Assembly (NCBI RefSeq): GCF_004210375.1
Contig: NC_134837.1
Span: 115,816,421 to 115,880,420 of the forward strand
Length of the DNA stretch: 64,000 nucleotides
Origin: Tachypleus tridentatus
Taxonomy: Eukaryota
Reading direction: 5' to 3'
The position numbers were made by a program, and so were the translations under genes. This document shows, piece after piece, positions 36,998 to 50,265 of this stretch. A model generated the notes under the pieces. The model did no database searches. It was not told where the DNA came from and saw only the letters and a program-made list of their open reading frames with translations. How positions within the stretch are numbered: the first letter of the stretch is position 1; every line of letters starts with the position of its first letter.

Positions 36998-38799
36998 GTA
37001 ATTTCCTATATACCACTTTATAACATTAATTATTCATATCATAGAAAAAAATGTATACACATCTTAATTTTGAAGTTAACAAAGCCAAAGATTGTGATTA
37101 TTATTATTTGTTTACAATAAGTTTCTGAATAACATGTCAAAATATGGCATCAAAACCTTTAATTGCATTAGTAAATAAACATTTAGTTTAATCTTTGTTA
37201 GACTTTCTTTACATAACTCTGCTATGTAGCGCTTAGATAGTTAACTCGTATGGAAATTTTTTCACTCCTTGTTCCATTGAAACACTTAAGTTTTTCATAA
37301 TCAGCTGTAAAACTTAGTTGTATAAACACTTCATAATTAGAAGTCATAATCTACAACAACAAAATTTATAATTAATTTTTCAGGTTGCTAAAAGAATTTC
37401 AGACACTAACTCATAAGCATTTTGATTTTTTTTATTAGATAAGTAATTTTTGATCCATCACATTTAGTATTTGATGGACATGATTTTACAAGTTATCTTA
37501 GTAATCAAAAGTAGTGCTAACAGTATGATAGCACTCTATAAGGATGGGTGTTTTATGCTTTACTACTCCTTATTCCATTGCTTATCATCTTTACGTGGTT
37601 GTCATTATTACCAACTATTCCTCTGTAATGCATTTCCTACTGCAAAAGAATTTTGCACATTACAGTGAGATTAATGTCACTGTCTCTTTAAATTCTTTAC
37701 AAGTTCCATCAACTGTGCAATGAAGCTGACTTATGAGTGCTCATTTCAGAAACCTGAAATACAGTTTCATGGGATATCTTATTTGAATGGTATGGCATGA
37801 ATGTACATTTATATTTACATCTTGAGGAAGAATTAGCAACTTGATTCAGAGCTGTAACTGATGACTTAATGTGTTTTCTTAATGGATACATCTTATTGGT
37901 ATCGAGTCAGTGCAAAGATGATATTTTTTGGTTGTTCAAATAGTGGTAGCATTCTGTACTTATTGTACATAGAGTTCACCTTATTATACTTATGAACTCA
38001 CCTGAGGCTTAATTTACTATTACAGGTGTCATTTTCTACTGTAAATCCCTTGTAAAACTTTCATAACATGTTCTGTACCATTTTTTTAAATGTTCTATCC
38101 TTAGTAGGATGATAATAAATTGTTTGGACTCATTTAGGTCAGTGACACATAAGAAAACACTGTGAGATCACAATTTTATTTGCTATATTAAACATTACTT
38201 GTAAAGTTTCCAACAGTCATCCCCCTTGAAGTGAATTTCTATACGTGATGAGGGGACTTCCCAGAGACTTCCTGTGTGTTGCAACCCATGAAGGAGGAGC
38301 AGAGGACTCTGGGGGTTGAGTGGCAGTGGGAATTGAATCACTCTCCTTTTTATCATGGATCTGTCAAATCCTCAAAAAATAAAATAGTAAAATTCAGCTC
38401 ACTGACCATCACTCTTCAACCTGTTTTTTGATTTTACATTTCTTTTCAGAAAAACCTTAAGGACGAATATCTCTCTTTTTCATTTAGAAAGGGATTAGAG
38501 GGGCTTGCTGGCTGTCCAAAGTCTGTCAAGAAACTTTGTTCTGGAGATATCTACACCAAAACACTGAACTCTTCCTGAATTCAAAGGCCATGGAAACTAT
38601 ACCCTTTGAGGTTACTCCCTGTGCTACTTTGAATTCCTCACCAGGGTTATTGTTAAGACAGATTTGAAAGACATTCCTGAGTCATAGATACTTGCTGGTT
38701 TTTCCTGCTAAGAATTTTCTGCAGTGCAATGTATTTCTACTTGTAAAGGTAGAATTATGCTGATTACTAATGTTATCCTTTTGACATTTACATCTTAAT

Positions 38800-41700
38800 G
38801 TCTACTTGTCTGTTCTAACAAGGCAGGTTATCTTCATTGTAAGGTATGGCCATATATTCATAACCCACTTTGGTGTTTTCAGTGTCAGCATTTCGGTCAA
38901 TCGAAAGCATCTTGTCCTGGTTCTGTGGCATGTGCTCATTGTGGTGGCAAAGACCAATACACCTACAAGTGTCAACTGGACCCTTACTGCATTAACTGTA
39001 ATGGTTTCCATCCCTCTTACTTTCATTCTTGTCCTAAGCATATGGAGGAGAAAGAGATATAACACTTAAACTGTCAATAGCGTTTCATAACCTGAGACTC
39101 TGAAATTATTCTCTCGTGCTGTACCTAGAACGTATGCTGCCACTCTGTGCTCCATTGCTACAGTAAGTGTATAGATGGATCTTTCCATGCCTCCATCAGT
39201 CTTTTTCACAAAATGAGAAGAATTTTGCCCTCCATATATAAGTGAATTGACAAGACAACATCTACTCCTGTCTTTGTCCCCCCTATTTTTTCCGGTGATG
39301 ACCTAGGTTCCTTGTGCCTGCTCTGTTTCATCTTCTTTTGCCTAAAGATGCAGAAAGGTTATTTGTTTAGCTCTGCAGTCACTGGAATTCACTATAACTA
39401 CTGGAAATCTTCTCACTTGATCCATGCAAGATCCATGGGGTCAACAGTCATTCTTCTAGTAAAGAAAAATGGTGTGATTATGAACAGAATGGTTCTTCAC
39501 CTAAGTAAAAATGGCCACTTTGATACAGTGAAGCTGTCAAGATTTTTGTTCTAATATAGATGACGTTAAGGCTTTGGTTGATTCCTATCATCCCATGTGT
39601 GTTTCTCCTTGCAGGAAACTTTCCTGAAACCTGCTGATCCTGTCAGCATTTGGTAGTTTTCTGTATATTTGAATGGCAGGTTGTATGATGGACAAGTTCA
39701 TAGTGGGACAACACTGTTGGTCAATTAGCACATGCCCATTTTGTCTGAACAACTTGATAAACCTTTAGAGGCTGTTTACATCTGTATCTGCTAGGGTTGC
39801 ATTGTCGCTCTTTGTTCTCCTCACCTGTTTCATGGAGAGACTAATGACAATCACACCTTGATGCTCATTGAACAGTTGCCATCTCCCTTTTTAATCCTGG
39901 GAGATGTTAAGGGACACAATCCACTCTGCGAGGGGTTGTTTCATAGAGCATATGCTTTCTCTCTTCAGTACTGGTTATTATACTCATTTTCATGTACCTA
40001 ATCAGTTTTTTTAGTGCCCTTGATCTGGCTATCTGCTCTCTTTCACTTTTCTTGGAGGTTTTGCAGTGTCATACAGGGCATTGATCATTTTGAGGAAAAC
40101 TGCCACCCAACTTGTGTGCCTTAGTGGAAGTTGACTCAGGCCAATTGGCCTTCTTTCATTGCTGTCTTAGACCTTTATCTTGCCATCAGTAGGCAATTAT
40201 GTGGTACCAATGATTTGATTGTATCATCCAGGCAACTGCTCAATCTGTTCCTAAGACTTTAACACATTTTCCATGGTATCCTCACCCATGGTGGAGTTCT
40301 GCCTGCCAGAAGACATGGAAGGCTCAGAAATAGGCCTTGGATCCCTTTCGCAGGTATCCCACCCTTATTAACTGCACTTCTTTCCTGCAGGTCAGACATC
40401 AAAACTGAAAGTGATCTTTGGTTGAGTTCACAACTAGCATCTTTTTTATCACCAGTTTCAAAGTCATGTGAAACAAGATTCAGAAGGTCACTGAGAGATA
40501 TGCTTCCCCCTCCCCTTTTCATCTTGCTGTTAAATGACCAGGGAGTTGCTGATGTAAAGAGGATCACTGATACTCCCAGCAAGAGCATTTCTCATCTTTC
40601 CAGCACTTCTGTTTTCTCCCCTGTTGTCCTGGGCAAAGCAATATATTCTTTCTTTCAGACAGTTCATCTCTACAACTATAATTACCTTAGTTACCTCAGT
40701 GGAACTCAAGCTTGCTCTTCATTGGGCTGGCAGTATATTAGTCAGACCTAATGATGCTCACTGAGAGATGCTACGCTATCTCTCTCCTGCTTCTCTTGCT
40801 CTTCTTCTGGTTGTTTTTAACTGGATCTGGCAGGAGAATGTTTTTTCTGATGCCTGGCACCAAACTATTGTCCTGTCTTTCTCTAAGCCTGTGAATGATC
40901 CCAAGATTCCTTCAAACTACCATCCAATTATTTTGATGAGCTGTCTCTGTAAGATGTTTGGATAGAATGGTTAATGCCCATCTTATTTGGTACCATGAAT
41001 CAAACACTCTCCTCTTGCCCCAGTGTGGGTTCCATCAACAGTGTTTTCCAATGGATCACCTGATTAGACTTGAAACATAAATCAGGGAAGCCTTCCTCAA
41101 GAGAGAACATCTTGTTTCTGTCCTATTCATTCTTGAAAAGGCTTATGACACTAAGTGTAGGTACAGAATTTTGTAATTTTTATTAAACAGATTATATCAA
41201 GTTTGTGCAGATTTAACCCTTTATTGTTCTGTCACACAGGAACCTGGAAACTTCCAGGACTGTGTCATGAGCGTCACACTTCATTATCAAGATCAACACT
41301 GTCATTACAGAACTTTCTTCTACTTTTGCAAATGGGCTCTGTGTTGATGACTTCCACATCTCAATTCTTGAGCATGAGGTTCACTGAGAGGCAGCTTCAA
41401 ACTTCCATCAATCATTTTTGATGTGGACCACAGCAAATGGTTTTATTTTTTCCCAGTTATGTTTTGCATGCATTTTTGCCTTCAGTGGGGTCTACACCCC
41501 AATTCCAAGCTCTTTTGTCCTATCTGTGGCCCCTGAAGTTAAATTTTAGGGCTTATCTTTGACCATAAGCTAACTTTCATTCCAAATATGAAGCATCTAG
41601 TGTCAAGTGTATTAAGGGCACTGAACATCTTTTGCATCCTCTCTCCCACCTCTTGGGGAGAGAATTGATATTCTGTGCTCAAGATCTATCATGCCTTCAT

Positions 41701-42900
41701 TTGATCCAAATGTGACTATGGTTCTGACAGAACCTTGGCATTGAAGGTGTTCAACCCCATTTACCATCTGGGGCTTTGGCCCTGCATGGGGACTTTCCAC
41801 ACTTCTCCAGTCCTGAATTTGTACAATGTGTCCCACATACCTCTTTTTACCTTCAGCTGTTTGCAACTTCTTTTGCATTATACTATCAAACTTCAATCTT
41901 TACCACGGTATCTCACCTGGAGTTGTCTTCCGTCTTTAGTGAGCTATTCTTTTTCAGAATAGATGGTCTGCCATTTTCCCTTTGGTCTTCATATCCAGGT
42001 GCAGCTAGCTGAATTGGGTCTCTCATTGGTTGATGTTTCTGTTTCCAATTATCAGCTCGTACTGCCATATCTTATCACTGTCCCCATCTGTAACCTTTCT
42101 TGGAGTCATCTGAGGAAGATACTTCTGATTGAACATACTGTTTTCTCTTTGCTGAACATCCTTCTACCATTCCCCTATTCCCATGTAAGTGGATGTTCTG
42201 AAATCAAGTGACTCAGTGGGCTTTGCCATGGTTTCTCTTGGCATGACAATTGTTCACAGGATCTCCTTTGCAATTTCTGTGCTCACTGTCAGGTTATATG
42301 CTATTTCTCTTGCCCTGGATCATGTAAAAGCTACACAGTACACCATATTTACACTGACTCTCTTAGCTCTCTACTGGCCCTGGAATTATTTAATGTTACT
42401 TCTCACCATGTTCTTGTTGAAGTTCAATGACACCCATTTTTCTTTATCTTTTATTAACATCCAGTTTTTCTGAACGTCTGGCAACATCATTGTTTGCAGG
42501 AACAAGCTTGCTGATACCACAGCTAAATCAGTCTGCTCTGGTATCATCATAGAAGTGCCTGTCCTATATTTGGACTATGGTTCTGTATTCAAGGTTTGGT
42601 TTCATGCCAGTTAGGAATCAACTTGGAGTGAGCAGTGTGATAGCAAGCTTTTACAGATTAAACCTTTTGTTGCTCTTTGGCTGTCTAGTTTCTGTAATAA
42701 TCAGAGAAAGGAAGTTGCCTCACCTAAGCTATGCATTGATCAGTTTTTTATCTCGTCATTTTCTTTTATTTGAGTCTGTTCCATCAAAGTGTGGCATTTG
42801 TCACAGCAGCACAAGTTTTACTGTCATGCTGCCATTACAACCATTAAGTGACAGCATCATTTTAGACATGTCTTTTCTATGGATTTATGCCTAATGTTGT
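38800..42900 (+). mobile_element. Second non-LTR retrotransposon: an ORF1 CCHC knuckle at ~38880-39060 and an ORF2 RT from ~40768, with multiple frameshifts
   Basis: The knuckle reads 'CQHFGQSKASCPGSVACAHCGGKDQYTYKCQLDPYCINCNGFHPSYFHSCP'. The RT reads 'AWHQTIVLSFSKPVNDPKIPSNYHPIILMSCLCKMFG' then, after a shift, 'ERMVNARLIWYHESNTLLSPQCGFHQQCFPMDHLIRLE..IREAFLKREHLVSVLFILEKAYDT', against the consensus 'SYRPISLTSCLCKV.E', 'GFR..RST.D', 'FLD.EKAFD'. Confidence 0.75.
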
Positions 42901-43301
42901 AGTGTCATTGTATTTTTAACTTTTTATGGGTTATTGGCTTTTTAAATTATATTTGAGTTTTTTACATGCTTTTGGAACTTTATTTGGTTTTCAACTTGAT
43001 TTATTTTTACATTTTATGGACTTTCTGTTTTTACCACTTGTTTTGTGCATATAGTTTAGTTATTTTATGCCACGAAATGACAAACAACCAATCAACAGTC
43101 TTCTATTCACTTTCTCTTTTTTTTTTTTTGAAAAAGCTTGTGAACATGGGTCTTATGCTACTTTGTACACCTAAATCTGTGCAGTGTTATAAGAATTGGT
43201 AAAGCCAGTTAGGCCATAGCCTGACTACTTTTTCATCTCATGTATATCTACAACTTATGTATATTGATTTTTATGTTGAAATTATTGGCTTAATTCCGCA
43301 G

Positions 43302-43466
43302 TATGCTTTTCCTCAGGCCGTTAAGAGAAACCCTGGTGACAAATGGATGATCCGTGGTCCTATTGAGTACATTCCACCAACCGAAGTAGAAGCCATAATT
43401 AAACGATATTCCATTCCCCTTGATGAAAATGAAGGAATCTACGTTAGGAATGTCAAAACTGGACGA
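43302..43466 (+). CDS. MVP: MVP exon 7 (acceptor 'ccgcag|' at 43301; an alternative in-frame acceptor 'cctcag|' would start it at 43317; donor 'cga|gtatgg')
   Basis: '(YAFPQ)[50 protein letters not shown]' against human '[45 protein letters not shown]'. Confidence 0.8.
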
Positions 43467-43902
43467 GTATGGCTATCTTTATTATTCCATATTAAATTTA
43501 GTTTGACCTTTTCTGATGTATATTTAAAGTTATTTTCATTTCATCTATTTACAGAAATTTAGGATACATGTTCAATAAAGATGAAGATCCTTTAATAAGA
43601 AAATGAACTTTTCCAATGAAACTCATATTGGTCTGACAAAATGACAATTTTAAGTTGAGAGGGCTATAATATACCTGGTTTATGATTTGTTTTTTATCTT
43701 TATTTTAGAGAAAGGCTAAGAGTTATAGATTTCCCATAGTTTTTTTTTATTTTAGGTGGAAAGATCTTTCTTTTTCAAAAAACATTTATTCTGTTTTTGC
43801 AAAGATTGAGATTGCATGAAATGTTTTATAAACTGATGTCAACAAGACTGTAATGCCACATAAGTCATTAGGTGTTAGTAATATATCAAATATACTGTGA
43901 AG

Positions 43903-44162
43903 GTAAGAGAAATATGTGGAGAGACATACATGTTGAATCAAGATGAAGAGTTGTGGCCTAAAGAGCTGCCTTCTGTAGTTGAGGATCTTCTGTCAGGCTA
44001 CAAGGACCCTTTAGCTGACAGAGGTGAGTGGAGCAAACAATCCACAGCTGTTGGCTTTGCACAACCAATTTCTCAAGTTCGTGAAAAGACCAGGGTAGTA
44101 ACACTTAGGGTACCTCACAATGCAGCAGTTCAAGTATATGATTACAAAGAGAAAAAGGCTAG
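43903..44162 (+). CDS. MVP: MVP exon 8 (acceptor 'ctgtgaag|', donor 'gctag|gtaagg', phase 2)
   Basis: '[86 protein letters not shown](R)' against human '[42 protein letters not shown]...[26 protein letters not shown]'. Confidence 0.85.
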
Positions 44163-44370
44163 GTAAGGTTATAAAAGTCGTTTATAACATATTTTATTAG
44201 TGTCAAAGCTTTAATGTTTGGAATAGTATCTAATACTTTTTTATAAGAATATTGATAGCTGCTACTGACTTGTCTATTAATGTTTTATTGTTATTGTTTT
44301 TTTCTTATGTGAAAATAATGTTTTGATTGATTTAATGATGATGAGAAACTCACTTGAAATAAAAATATAT

Positions 44371-44896
44371 CTCAAGACATCTAGTATGGGTATTAGAACT
44401 TCAATTAAAATAAAGTACAGAACAACATTTCGACCTTCTTAGGTCGTCTTTAAGTTAACAAAGAGAGTTTGTAACTGATTGTTCCTGGGCACATGTGTTA
44501 GGGACAAAAATGTAAATGGGTACAGGATTGTAGGGGGCGTTGCAGTTAGGTGTTATTAGTTAGTGTAGGTATTAAGTTGTTCCTTTATATTGGTTTAATT
44601 ATGGTTTGAGTTGTATAAGTATGGCTTCTTCGATTTTGTTTGTTTATATTTGTTTCCCTACTTAGTATCTGGGTGTTTTCTGTGGTTATGTTGTGTTCAT
44701 TTGATTTGTGATGTTCAAAATCGCGTGAAGATGTTTTTTGTGTTCTTCGTGTTATTTCTCCAATATAGAAGTTCCTAGGATTCTCCCAGCAACAGTCAGT
44801 TGCAAACTCTTTCTTAACCTGAAGATGACCTAAGACGGTCAAAACATTATTCTGTATTTTAATTAAAGTTCTAATGCCCATACCAGCTGTCTTGAG
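44371..44896. mobile_element. MITE copy A, about 525 bp, with about 30-bp terminal inverted repeats and subterminal inverted repeats
   Basis: The left end is 'ctcaagacatctagtatgggtattagaac', and the reverse complement of the right end is 'ctcaagacagctggtatgggcattagaac'. Subterminal 'gaccttcttaggtcgtctttaagttaac' pairs with 'ttaacctgaagatgacctaagacggtc'. The element has no coding capacity and is homologous to 57695-58362. Confidence 0.7.
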
Positions 44897-46958
44897 AATA
44901 CATTTTGATTGATTTAAGTCTGTTTTCTACTAGAAATTTTATATATTTCCATTATGGGATAAGCATAGACAAATAAATTATAATAGTAATAACAAATAAA
45001 CAATGAAGTGGCCTTGATCTTTATAGTTTGTTTTAATGGTTTTGCATATTTCAAGTAACTGGAAGTATATATTGTAAATCTTGTTCACACTTGAATTTTT
45101 GTAATTTGTTTTCATTATAAAAGTGTATTAAGGCTGCATAGCTCTTCAGTTAGATTTAGCCAGTGTTTCTGACTGAAAGGGTGTAAACTCATTTTGGATA
45201 TTCGTTATCCATGTTTGACCAAACAGAGTAATGATATATCCCAAAACAACAGTACATAACTAGTCTTCATAGTAATATATTCTATTGAAGAGTCATATTT
45301 TGGGCCATTTTGTTTATGTAAATGTTATTTAATTTGATTGAAAACTATTCAGATTAACCATACATAGAACTTACTCTTTTGTAACTTAGATTATTTTGTC
45401 TTACATACTCTAGGTTTGTTTTACTATCTGTGCTTATGCATAAGTTCCTTAAAAGTTTCTGATTTGGTTTTAATGTACCTAGTGATGTATTTTAACTGAT
45501 ATCTGTATTTAATGCTGTATCTTAGACATACATATTCCATGAAACATTTGGTAAATTCATGATGTACTTTTTACATTTGTAAAACCTTAAAGTATTTTCA
45601 CAAAATTCGAGATATTAAAGGATTAAAATGTGTTGACAGTTATTCTGCTTGAAATCTGTTTAGTGTTTAAATATTTAAAAGTATATCAGATACGTGCATC
45701 AAAATACTCTGATTTTTGTTATTAGTAAGTCTGATTTCATTTATGTTTGAAAACAAGTCTTCACATGAATAAAAATTCAAGATTTGACTGTTTCTTTTTC
45801 GTGACAGCTTCATATTTAATACTTAACAACAACTCTAAGTACTGTAGTAAGTTTTTAGTATATCTAATATATATTTTTAATTTTTTGTACTTTTTTGAAT
45901 AAATTATTATTATTGTAAAATGTTATCTGCATGTTTTATCAGATGTGCTATTTATTTTAAACTGGATTATCTCAGCAAGAAACATGCCAGTTTGATGCTC
46001 TCATCCATGTTATTTAAGGTTGACACAATTTCTAATTATCAGGTTATAAAAAAACTAGAACTATGATGCTACCTAGTGACTCAACAGTAAATCAATGGGC
46101 TTATAATGCTAAAACTCTGTTTTCATGTTCATGGGGTGCACAGTACAAACACCAATTGAAAAGTTTTTTCCTTAACAACAAACAAACAAACAAAACATTC
46201 TGGTACTTTATTTGACATCTTAACAAATACAAAAAACAGCTACTTTAAAAGGGAACTGTAATGTTGTTTTTTTTAAGTTAAAACCCAAATTCTAAAATGT
46301 TTTGCTGTTTTAATGGGACTTTTGTCCACAAATGAAGATGGCAACCAAAGATGGAGTAACATCATAGTCTGTGATTAAACTAAGGCAGGTGTGACTTTCT
46401 CATAAAAAGTTAAGAGGTAGTCAGTTGGGTGAAATTGACCTATTTTTGAAAAAAAGCAAAACTTCTACGTGTAAACATAAAAAATGACAAATTGGATGTC
46501 AGTGAATAAATATTTTCTGATGGAACAATGGAATGCATGCTCACCCAAAACAGTAACTCAAATAAGTCCCAGTAATAATAAGTACCAGCAGAATTTCTCA
46601 CCTGAAATAAGGTGAACAGTAGTTAATATTATAAAATATAGAATCATAATATTGTTATGACCTAAAACACCTTTGCTGTTTTATCTTTATAATAGTAAAA
46701 ATATAATGAGTTCTTTAATTTCTCCTAAAATGAAAATATATCCTTTGTTGTTGTTTTTTTAATACAGATTAATTGAAATAATAAACTAAGGTTATTTCCT
46801 TTACCTTTTGTCTCTGATTTGTTAATGCTGTTTATTAAAGCTGTACAATAAGCCTAATAATCTGTGTTTTTGGTAAGTAAAACCTTCCTTCTTTAGGAAT
46901 GAACTGGAGAATTGTATGTGTGAAGCACTTGAAATATTAGTTGAAATGTGAAAAAAAA

Positions 46959-46986
46959 GTGTGTGTGTGTGTGTGTATATATATAC
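46959..46986. repeat. (GT)9 followed by (AT)5 microsatellite
   Basis: 'gtgtgtgtgtgtgtgtgtatatatata'. Confidence 0.9.
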
Positions 46987-47099
46987 TTTCTAAGTGTTTT
47001 ATGTGATTTTGTCTGTTGTATCTAACACATTTCCTGAGTATCCTTAGTATATTTTTTATAATTATTTATGTTTAATACTATGTAAATTTGTACTTGAAG

Positions 47100-47297
47100 G
47101 GTTGTGTTTGGACCAGACTTAGTTATGTTAGGACCTGATGAACAGTTTACCCAACTAAGCTTGTCTGGTGGAAAACCTAAACGTCCTAACATAATTCGTT
47201 CTCTCTGTTTACTGCTTGGTCCAGACTTTTGCACTGATATTCTTACTGTTGAAACAGCTGACCATGCTCGTCTTCAGCTTCAATTAGCTTATAATTG
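47100..47297 (+). CDS. MVP: MVP exon 9 (acceptor 'tacttgaag|g', donor 'aattg|gtaagg', phase 2)
   Basis: '(R)[65 protein letters not shown](W)' against human '[66 protein letters not shown]'. Confidence 0.9.
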
Positions 47298-48469
47298 GTA
47301 AGGTTTTTGTAAAGTGGTAATTTTTACTATTTCAATATTAATGCACCCTTCTGACACCATGTAGTCACAAGTTAACAAAGGAAAACCTTATTTCTTAAGT
47401 TTGTACATTTATTACAAAATTACACAATTACAAAATATTTTAAAGCAATGTGTAAGGCTGAGAAAGGTATTATTCGAAATGATCTTTTGAAATTTTCAGC
47501 ATATTGGATGTAATGGTCACCTACATGGATGTCTAGTACAGGAGAATAGGAGTCATTGAATAAGTTATTAATTGTTTAACCACTTCACTGGACTTGTGAT
47601 CAGGGTTTTAAAATGGTCATTTCAAGCTTAGTAGTTTTGGTTTTTGGTGAAGAAGTCTGGATTTGATATTAATTGATTCCTTCATTTCAATTAGGTTTAT
47701 TTTGTGATGGTATAAATATTATTATTTAATCTGAAATGCTTGTGTGTGTGCATGTGTATATATATTAATTTATAATAAAAAAGCATAATGTTATGTTAAA
47801 TTTATTAACTTGAAAATAATGAGAAAATTTTCTTGTACTTCATAAAGAAGTTTTCAAGATTCTCAAAGAAATATCCTTGTAAATTAAAATAATTCAAAAC
47901 TTATTAAAATTATCCATAGTTTCAAGAAATGTTAAAAATTTATTTAACTAGTAGTTGAAAGTAATACACATTATGTTATCATAAGTTACTTGATTACTCT
48001 TTCATACTGAACTGTGGGAAGCATACAAACATTATTCATAAAAATATGAGAAATATCCGTACTGGATATACATTAATAATAACAAAAGACACACAGTTGT
48101 GTATTTGCATTTAAGATAAAAATTAATCACAAAAACAGTAATGTTACAGTATAACGAAGGAAATATGCCAAAAGAAAGGTTAGTGAATACCTGAGACAAA
48201 AAAATATTGGCTAATACAGCAGAATTTAATAACTTATATTCTAAATTTCATTGTATAGAAAAAAAAAGTGATGAAAGTCTACTCAAATGTTTGTTATGAA
48301 TTGTGAACTTAGATATTTATAACTTCAAAGTATTGAAACTAATCATTATTATAGATAGTTTTTATGGAATAAACTGTTTTCTGAAAGACATTTGTTTATT
48401 CAATACTTTGAAGGGTTTGTTTTCAGGTATATGAAGTACTAAAGCAGTTTTATTCATCTTTATCTTCAG

Positions 48470-48611
48470 GCATTTTGACGTTGGTAATAAGAGCCCTGAA
48501 TCAGCTACTAAGCTCTTTAGTGTTCCAGACTTTGTGGGAGACTTGTGTAAGGCTCTGGCTTCTCGAATTAGAGGAGCTGTAGCTGGTGTCTTCTTTGATG
48601 ATTTTCATAAG
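48470..48611 (+). CDS. MVP: MVP exon 10 (acceptor 'tatcttcag|g', donor 'cataag|gtgagg')
   Basis: '(W)[47 protein letters not shown]' against human '[48 protein letters not shown]'. Confidence 0.9.
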
Positions 48612-49412
48612 GTGAGGTTTAAGTAATTTGTTTTGAGGCTAGTTTGTTCTTTGTGTTATTTATAAACTAATATCCAGTCATGTTTTTGAGGCAAGTAATT
48701 GTTTTCAGTATCAGACTTTCTTAATGTAATAAATCTTTGAACAGCTATTGTTGTTTGTCAAAAGTTGTGGCACTCAGACAAAATAGTCACAGGATAATAA
48801 TGATACTTTTGAACCTATTCTGATAGTAGTGAGTATTTTGTTACATTTACTTTTTATTTTTCCTAACAGCATATTTTCCTTTAAAAGTGACCTCAAGCAT
48901 TAAATACTATTGTTGCTCTATGAATTTTGTTTCTCCAGCCTATTCTAATTAAAATAATTACTTTATTAATATTATACTTGAAACCTACATCTATACTAAA
49001 ATTTCACCATTAAAATCATTTGTTGTAGGTATTAGTTTCATTATTTATACAAAAAATATGTTTCTCCTCCAATTTCAGAATTTACTGGCCAATCATATGA
49101 AACTATGTAGAAATATTCAGAGCACCACTTATGAAGATGTGCAATTATTTTTACTTTGTAAATATGTAATAAAAGAATAGTCAGTTCCTTCTTTTTGGGT
49201 AAAATAATTGGAGATTGTTAGTATGTGTATGTAGTTTAGAAAATGACAAAAAAAAGTGTCATACTGAAGATGTGAAAATTGGTTTAGAATACTTGGTAAT
49301 TAAGACTAAAAGTTTCTCTTACATCATTATATGTACTTAGTATGTCTCAGAACCTCACTGATTAACTTTTTATGTGCTGTATCATTAATGTTTCCATTGT
49401 TATTCCATTCAG

Positions 49413-49624
49413 AACTCTGCAAGAATAATTCGACTAGCTGTTTTTGGGCAGGATGAGAACCAAAAAATAAGAAATCAGTTTTGTTTTCCTCAAAACAACC
49501 TTGTGATCACTAGTGTAGACATTCAAAGTGTAGAACCTGTGGATCAGAGAACAAGAGATTCATTGCAGAAATCAGTGCAACTGGCCATTGAGATTACTAC
49601 TCAGAGTCTCGAAGCTGCTGCTAG
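49413..49624 (+). CDS. MVP: MVP exon 11 (acceptor 'ttccattcag|', donor 'gctag|gtaagt', phase 2)
   Basis: '[70 protein letters not shown](R)' against human '[81 protein letters not shown]'. Confidence 0.9.
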
Positions 49625-50190
49625 GTAAGTATTTCTCAGATTAAGGTTTTTTATTAATATTAGAAGATATGATTATTTTGAACTAAAAGCTGATTTCAAT
49701 TGTTTTACAAGTTGTGTTCCTTTTAGTGTACATTCACCAATTGCAGCACCAATGATTTTAAAGTAACAAGTTTATACTTAAATGCCATATTCCAGACATG
49801 ACATAGAGAATAGGATCTCATTTCACGTGTGATTTTTACCTTGCTACTTATTATGAATAAGTAATCTATGGCTCTTAATCAGAACAATTTTTTTTTTAAT
49901 TTTTGGTAATACAAGTCAAACATTTCCTTGTGAATCTTACAGTATACTTAATATACTTTGACTTGCAGTTATGAAATTAGTTTAAAGAGACTTTATATTT
50001 TCATTGCATTTAGACATTAATATTTACTACCCAAAGTAATTATGTTTTAATATTAAAAGATTATTGAGCTAAAATAAGGGTTTTGACATATAAATAAATT
50101 TAAAAAATAAAACATGATGAGGTGAAAATCTTGTATTAAGTTTTAACCTGCATATTATGTTATACATTAAAAATTTTTGCATTCTTCTAA

Positions 50191-50265
50191 TATTATACAC
50201 AAGCATGTTAAATCCTTTTTGGGTTTGTACAAATCCAAAAGGATTTAACATGCTTGTGTATAATA
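50191..50265. repeat. Near-perfect 75-bp palindrome centred on 'tttgtacaaa'
   Basis: The left arm 'attatacacaagcatgttaaatcctttttgggtttgtac' and the right arm 'gtacaaatccaaaaggatttaacatgcttgtgtataat' differ by one indel and one mismatch. ORFs on both strands at 50069-50299(-) and 50157-50360(+) share the peptide 'LYTSMLNPF...KGFNMLVYNI'. Confidence 0.85.
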
